A stretch of 64,000 nucleotides of DNA, from contig CAVXYC010000001.1 of NCBI GenBank assembly GCA_963765765.1, positions 64,001 through 128,000 on the forward strand. Direction: 5' to 3'. Shown piece after piece: positions 58,327-64,000 of the stretch. Made by a program: the position numbers and the translations under genes. This stretch comes from an uncultured Chloroflexia bacterium (GTDB taxonomy: Bacteria; Chloroflexota; UBA6077; JACCZL01). A model generated the notes under the pieces. The model did not search any database, had not been told where the DNA came from, and saw nothing but the letters and a program-made list of their open reading frames with translations. The stretch's first letter is position 1, and every line of letters begins with the position of its first letter.

Positions 58327-59026
58327 CGACGCGGGCGCGTATCGCATTCGACAAAGGCGCTCGGCGGCCAGCCTGGAATCACACTCGCCGACGCTGCCTG
58401 GCGCGGATTACGCGGGCCTAATCTGCTGCGACGAGGCCCGCGATCCAGAGCGGTCCCGGTACGACACCGCTCCGTATTCGCTATGTGAATTAAACTTCAG
58501 ATTGTGAATTGTTTAAGACAGCTTTAACTGCATCAATAGGTAATAGCTGAGTCAAGACCACAGCATGTATGTCCTGGTCTAAAGAGATGACACGCAATGT
58601 AATCCGTCGATTACTGCAATCTTGTGCATCATACTTAAGGTTCAGATGTACTGGAGAGTTGACGGGGAGGACTTTATGTAAGTATGCACATTGTCCAGTT
58701 GTTTAGTTCAACGACGCTTTCGAACCCAAAAAGCAGTGGGACTTAGCATATCCATTGCGCGCTGTGACTTCAACTGGTCTTAGGATTCCAAGTGCTCCGT
58801 TCGGTAGTCCGGCTTCTGGGTCTGCTATGCCAGTCGACCGATGGTATATATGCCCTGTCGCATCCGAGACCGCCAGCACGACGCGTGCCAGCAGTCCACC
58901 ATCCAGGTAATTCCGTGTGCGATAGGAGGCGGCGCTGTTGCGCTGTTACCCAGATGGAGTCGGCCAAACCGACTGATCGGGCTATCGATGCTCCACAATA
59001 CGGAAACGTATTCTCCCGGGGGACTC

Positions 59027-59412
59027 ATGCTCGCCGCCGTCACCTTCTCATCAATGCGCTTTCAGCCGGTTCTCCCTGAGGAGTGCCAGGTGAATCCTGG
59101 TCGCTACGGAGCGGAGCTGGCGTTCTGCCTATGCTGACAGCTCGCGCACGAAGGTGTCGTGACCTCGTATCCGAACTACAAAGACTGGGGGTGGTTCATC
59201 GAGTACACCACCACCGCGGGTGATGAGTTCTGGTTGTGCTCTGGCAACGTGGATGCACGACGGACGAGTGGCACTGCTTTCTCCAGGCGAAGGGCAAAGG
59301 GCTGTTCGGGCGCTCCCAGCCCTCGCCAGAGGAAGCGCAGCCCCTGATGGAGGCGCTGGCCCGCGTCCTCGAGACGGAATCCACGGTCCGCGATATTGAG
59401 TGGGATAGCTGA
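59027..59412 (+). pseudogene. Disrupted conserved-looking hypothetical gene
   Basis: F.PVLPEECQVNPGRYGAELA, in-frame TGA, then VTSYPNYKDWGWFIEY, then a frameshift to KGLFGRSQP..DIEWDS*. Confidence 0.55.
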
Positions 59413-59794
59413 TGTGGGACCCCACGTACAGCCACGGCCGATATGCGAACCGCCGAGTGTCTCGGGCTCCCTTGCCGACGGTCAGCGGTCACGGTACGGG
59501 ACCGTGCCGCACTCTATGACATACCCGCGACGAGACGGCGAGCGCCCCTGGTGACCGCGCGGCTGGCCGATGAAGCCGAACGCTTCACGGACCAAATGCG
59601 TGGCTTTGGCGCGCCATTACGGGACTTCTGACTTCGACTCGCGAGAGAGTGGCTCCGTGAAGAAAAGGAGTACATGCTGGAATTCGAGGCCCTTAATTTC
59701 GTGGACCTGGCTCAGGTGCACGTTTCGAGCATTGACGGAGTCGAGAAGCCCTTGCACTCATCGGAGAGACCGACATCGTCGTGGAGAACGGTCC

Positions 59795-61236
59795 TCACCG
59801 CCCCGCAATTAGCTCGTGCAGGATGTGGCCGAAGTCGGTGTTGTCGAGGTAGCCGCGGAAGCGTTCCGACGACGGGCCAAGCGCGCCTACCACGACCGGC
59901 TCGGCCGAGTGGCCACTGGTGCCCCAGTCAGACGCCGGTTCGGCGCGAGACCATCCGGCCGAGGGCGTTGGCTGTCGGGTAGATCGATTGTAGATCGAGC
60001 GTGCGCTGGGCCAGGATCGCCTGGCGCAGGTCGTCGTCCAGGCGGAAGCCGGGGAAGTGTTCCGCCAGCCTATGATCGAGCGCCTCAGACGTGGGCTGCG
60101 GGCCCAGCAGCTCAGCGGCCTTGGCGAACGACATCGAGATATTGGCAATCAACTCGAGATGCTCGGGTGCCGCGTAGAAGCGATTCGTGCTGGCGAGGGT
60201 ACTGGCGTCTTTCTGGGCATAGGTGATACTGAGGCCGCCGGTCTCGTGGTCGCCCGCCACGACCACGAGCGTTTCGGCCGGAGCGCCGTCCTGGAACGCG
60301 AGCGCCGAGCCGGACCGCCTCGTCGAACGCCCACAGGTCGCGGATCAGCGCCGCGGCGTCGTTGTTGTGGCCGGCTACGTCGGTGTTCTCGGTCTCGACC
60401 AGCAGTACGAACCCGTTGGGGCTCGCGTCGGACAGCACGCGTATGGCGGCCGCAGCCATCTGCGCCAACGATGGCTGCTCGGCGGGGTCGCGGTCCAGTT
60501 CGGAGTCCAGGTCGATGTCGGCAAACAGGCCGAGCAGGCGACCGCCCCCGGCGGCACTCAACTCGTCGGGCGTGGTCGCCACCTGGTAGCCGCGCTGCTG
60601 CAACTCGGTCAGCACATCTCGACCGTCGGTCCGCTTGCCGCCGAGAGCCTCCACCGGTAGGAAGTAGTCGCGACCACCGCCCAGCAGCACGTCCGGCTCG
60701 AGCGCGGCGAGCTGATCGACCAGGACCTGCGAGTCGCTGCGGTTCCTGGCGTGGACGCTAAATGCGGCCGGAGTGGCGTCGTATATCGTGGAGGTAGTGA
60801 CCAGCCCAATCCGCTTGCCGCTGGCCTTCGCAGCTTCCATCACCGTGGTGGGTGATTGGCCGTCCGGCGTCATGCCAATGGTGCCAATGGTCGTCTTCGA
60901 GCCGGTCGACATCGCACTACCGGCCGCGGCCGAGTCGGTTGCGATGGTCGTCGCAGCGTGGGTGGTCATGAGCCCGAAGGAACCCCGTCCAAAGACGGTA
61001 TCGGTCACGGCGAATGACTCGTCGCGCAGCTGTCGGCTGGCGTACCGGCCAAGCTCCCATTGGGCGGCGCCGGTGCCATCGGCGAACATGATGATGACGG
61101 TCTGCGGCAGGCTCGGTTCCTGGGCGCGCACGGTCGCCCCTGTCTCTCCGACCGAAGCGACTGTGAGCAGCACCAGAAGCGCGGACAGTGCCAGCCTTAC
61201 CAGGGTGAAGCGTCGGGTCCGTTCTATCTTCAACAT
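59795..61236 (-). CDS. Alkaline phosphatase (PhoA family), secreted; frameshifts near 60310 and 59935
   Basis: IIMFADG, TDSAAAGSA nucleophile, ATPAAF, D.AGHNND, GDHETGG, FRGYLDNTD. Confidence 0.88.
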
Positions 61237-61372
61237 CTCTGGCTTTCCTTCCACGAGACCGACCCATCGTAGCCGTCTCGATGCGGCCAGTCTACTGTCT
61301 CGATCACGGAGAAGCTGTGCCATCCGGAACAGCGGGAGTGTTCCCCGGGGGACAGTTGAGCCCAGTCTGGTC

Positions 61373-61605
61373 CTACTTGAGCCGGAGGACGTTGTAGATG
61401 CGGGTGGGCTCGTAGAAGCCCTTCAGGTCGAGGCTGCCGACCAGCTCCGCCTCGACCAGTGTCTCACAGCGGGGTAGACCGGCTGAGTGACCAGCACCTG
61501 GCCGTCCCCGGCCTCGGAGGAGACACGGGCAGAACGGTTTTTGACCGGGCCGATCGCGGCATAGTTGTAGCGACCATCGAACCCAATCTGGCCGACATTT
61601 CGCGT
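61373..61605 (-). pseudogene. C-terminal fragment of a class III adenylate/guanylate cyclase
   Basis: GQIGFDGRYNYAAIGPVKNRSARV..GQVLVT, then LDLKGF..IYNV in a shifted frame. Confidence 0.8.
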
Positions 61606-61616
61606 AGCCCGGGTCG

Positions 61617-61680
61617 ATACCGGCATTCGGTTGTGAATCGGCGCCATTAGCTCATTGAGCGTGGTCGTAATGACGGTCGC
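61617..61680 (-). pseudogene. Short fragment of a SRAP (SOS response-associated peptidase) gene
   Basis: ATVITTTLNELMAPIHNRMPV matches the SRAP IH.RMPV motif. Confidence 0.65.
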
Positions 61681-61923
61681 CGTCCCACCGGGATAGTGTT
61701 TCGTCGGCGGCTGATGCAGCCCGGATTCACGAGAGCGGGTAATGGGGTGGCGCGCGGGGTTGCCTCGACGCGTTGCTGGGCAGGTGTCTCCAAGGTGATC
61801 CCGGATCCGACACGCGCTTTCAGACAGCTCGGAAGCTCGCTGCCGCTCGCAACGTGCACCCGCAACAATTGGTGACTGACGTCGAGAGTCGTATCGCGTT
61901 GACTACGCAATCCGCGGGCTCCC

Positions 61924-61952
61924 TTGACAACGTTCAGCTATGACGGGACTAT
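61924..61952 (+). promoter_or_regulatory. Putative sigma70 promoter upstream of the structured pyk leader
   Basis: TTGACA (61924-61929), 17-nt spacer, GACTAT. Confidence 0.45.
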
Positions 61953-61964
61953 GCTGCGCTCTAC

Positions 61965-62445
61965 AGCTGCGACGCGAGTGGCGCAGACCGGGGGGCCGCC
62001 CCGTTAATCCAGGTTGGTAACCCCGTCTAGGACTAACTCACGGAAGTGAGCGCCGACCGCGATCGGGGTGACCTGGTCCTTGGACGGGTCAGACCCCGCC
62101 TGGGTCCAGTGCTGGAATTCGAACTGCTGGGCGACAAAGGGGCCGAAGTTCTCCCGCGGCGAAACGGGGAGTCCGTATCGTTTGATGGCCGCGTCAATAC
62201 CCCAGCGTGCGTCCGGTGGCGCGAGGAACGCGGCTCGTTTAGGCGGGGTCGGTGAGCGAGCATATGAATCGTCCTGCCGATGTCCGGGCGGGGCTAAAAT
62301 CGTCAGCCTCGGAGCACGCGCCAGCCCTTATCGCGGCTGCCGAAAAGACGGACCAACCATTCTGTCCCCAGGGAGACAGTGCCGTTGTATTCCGTGAGAT
62401 ATGGGACGATGTCCCACGCGCCTACCATGGGACCTGAAAGCAGGA
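61965..62445 (+). ncRNA. Candidate large structured RNA or 5' leader of unknown class
   Basis: Nested long-range helices and three GNRA-capped hairpins; no credible ORF (see findings). Confidence 0.55.
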
Positions 62446-62464
62446 ACCAATTGGAGGTCAGGAC

Positions 62465-63967
62465 ATGAACGTATATGGAGACCGACGATCTGCGACGGGG
62501 GCACTGGAGCCAGAGGTATCGCCGTGGTCGAAGGGAAGCCTTCTCAAGCAGCGCCGGACCAAGATCGTCGCGACACTCGGTCCGGCTTCGATCGATGCCG
62601 ACGTCATCGCGCGACTCATTAAGGCCGGCGTCGACGTCTTTCGACTCAACATGTCTCACGGCCATCATGAGAGTCATCGCACTGCCCACGAGCGGGTCCG
62701 AGCGGCGGCATCGCATCTCGGTAGGCCAGTTGCGATCCTGGCCGACCTCAGCGGACCCAAACTTCGGGTGGGCCAGTTCGCCGGTGGGAGTATCGAGCTG
62801 GTCGACGGACGCGCGGTAGTCGTTACGACGCGCCCTATCACGGGCGAACCGGGGCTGATCCCCTCACAGTATCAAGCCCTCGCCCAGGACGTGCGTCCTG
62901 GTGACCGTATTCTGCTCGACGATGGCCTCATGGAGTTGCGGGTCGAGTCGGTGGAGGGGACCGAAGTGGCGTGCACGATCGTGAACGGCGGCATCTTGAA
63001 GGACCGCAAGGGCATGAATCTGCCCGGCGTTAACGTCTCGGCGCCGGCCTTCACCGAGAAGGATCGCGAGGACGCGCGCTTTGCCCTAGAGATAGGGGTG
63101 GACTATATGGCTCTCTCGTTCGTGCGCCGCGCTTCCGACCTGGACGAACTGAAGGCGCTTATCGCGGCGGATGGCCGCCCAACGCACGTGATCGCCAAGA
63201 TCGAAAAGCCTGAGGCGCTAGAGGCCATGGACGAGATCATCGACAGGTGCGATGGCATCATGGTTGCCCGCGGTGACATGGGCGTGGAATTGCCGCCCGA
63301 GATCGTGCCGATCGCGCAACGCCAGCTCGTGGCCCGGGCGCGGGCAAAGAACAAGCCTGCCATCGTCGCCACACAGATGCTGGAATCTATGATCGAGCAT
63401 CCCCGGCCGACACGGGCCGAGGTCTCTGATGTCTCGACGGCCGTATTTAGCGGCGCGGATGCGGTGATGCTATCCGCCGAGACAGCGACTGGTGCATACC
63501 CTGTCCCCGCCGTGGAGATGATGGATCGAGTGGCTCGACAGGTCGAAGGGCGAATGTGGGACGAGGGAGCGTTCGGCTCCATTACCGCTCAAGATATCGT
63601 GTCACCCCCACTCCAGCTACAAGCCGCGTTTGGCCGCGCGATCGCCCAGCTCTCCCGCGACCTGAGCGTGCGGAGCATCGTGGTCCTGTCCCATAGTGGT
63701 GCCACGGCTCTAGCTGTGACCGCCGCCCGGCCAGCAGCGCCCATTCTCATGGTGTCCTCCGACGTGGGGACGTACCGCCGAGCGAATCTCCTCTGGGGCG
63801 CACTTCCCATCCACGCGGATGCCGACGATCTCCGTCATCCGCAAGCGTTCGCCCGAAAGCTCGTGGTGGGACTCGGCCTCGCCAGCCCAGATCAATACAT
63901 TCTGATGATCACGGGTTTCCGGGCCACCGCGGAAGCCGCCCCGACCGTCACGGCGTTACGTATCTGA
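62465..63967 (+). CDS. pyk: Pyruvate kinase
   Basis: RRTKIVATLGPAS, RLNMSHG, DLSGPKLR, IAKIEK, MVARGDMG, ATQMLESM, PTRAE, MLSAETA; GGAGG SD. Confidence 0.97.
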   Translation: MNVYGDRRSATGALEPEVSPWSKGSLLKQRRTKIVATLGPASIDADVIARLIKAGVDVFRLNMSHGHHESHRTAHERVRAAASHLGRPVAILADLSGPKLRVGQFAGGSIELVDGRAVVVTTRPITGEPGLIPSQYQALAQDVRPGDRILLDDGLMELRVESVEGTEVACTIVNGGILKDRKGMNLPGVNVSAPAFTEKDREDARFALEIGVDYMALSFVRRASDLDELKALIAADGRPTHVIAKIEKPEALEAMDEIIDRCDGIMVARGDMGVELPPEIVPIAQRQLVARARAKNKPAIVATQMLESMIEHPRPTRAEVSDVSTAVFSGADAVMLSAETATGAYPVPAVEMMDRVARQVEGRMWDEGAFGSITAQDIVSPPLQLQAAFGRAIAQLSRDLSVRSIVVLSHSGATALAVTAARPAAPILMVSSDVGTYRRANLLWGALPIHADADDLRHPQAFARKLVVGLGLASPDQYILMITGFRATAEAAPTVTALRI

Positions 63968-64000
63968 GCGGAGGTCCGGGGATTAGCGGGGCCGCATTGA

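Noticed and set aside
61965-62460. Group II intron, RNase P, tmRNA, SRP or retron identity for the structured leader
   Set aside because: No domain V, no GAGGAAAGTCC, no tRNA-like ends, no SRP GGAAG-AGCAG loop, and no reverse transcriptase adjacent

Overview
This is a GC-rich bacterial chromosomal window, most likely Chloroflexota, inferred from the Pro/Ala-linker TAT lipoprotein solute-binding proteins, clan-A secreted glycosidases and REP-like hairpins. Many genes, including essential leuS, carry single-base frameshifts, which suggests an unpolished long-read assembly, so frameshift-only pseudogene calls are provisional. Recognisable genes are corA, uppP, ald, a murE-like ligase, leuS, a phoA-like phosphatase, pyk, a comD/comE-like pair, several orphan solute-binding proteins and a CP-ATP-grasp/alpha-E/transglutaminase operon. 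There is also a duplicated SBP56 (methanethiol-oxidase-like) plus SARP-ATPase regulator module, and two zones of gene fragments (about 30.4-35.8 kb and 57.5-61.9 kb). No rRNA, tRNA, CRISPR array or transposase was recognised. The best unexplained signals are: (1) a ~500-nt multi-stem, GNRA-capped, switch-like RNA leader upstream of pyk; (2) a hidden 24-aa ORF and a poly-Gln tail in the ATP-grasp/transglutaminase operon; (3) an HPPR-ending uORF whose codons pair with the SD of a rubredoxin-like gene; (4) a doubly degenerate GH19-M23 protein; (5) a carbamoyltransferase-ASCH remnant. All family calls come from motif recognition by eye; no searches were run.
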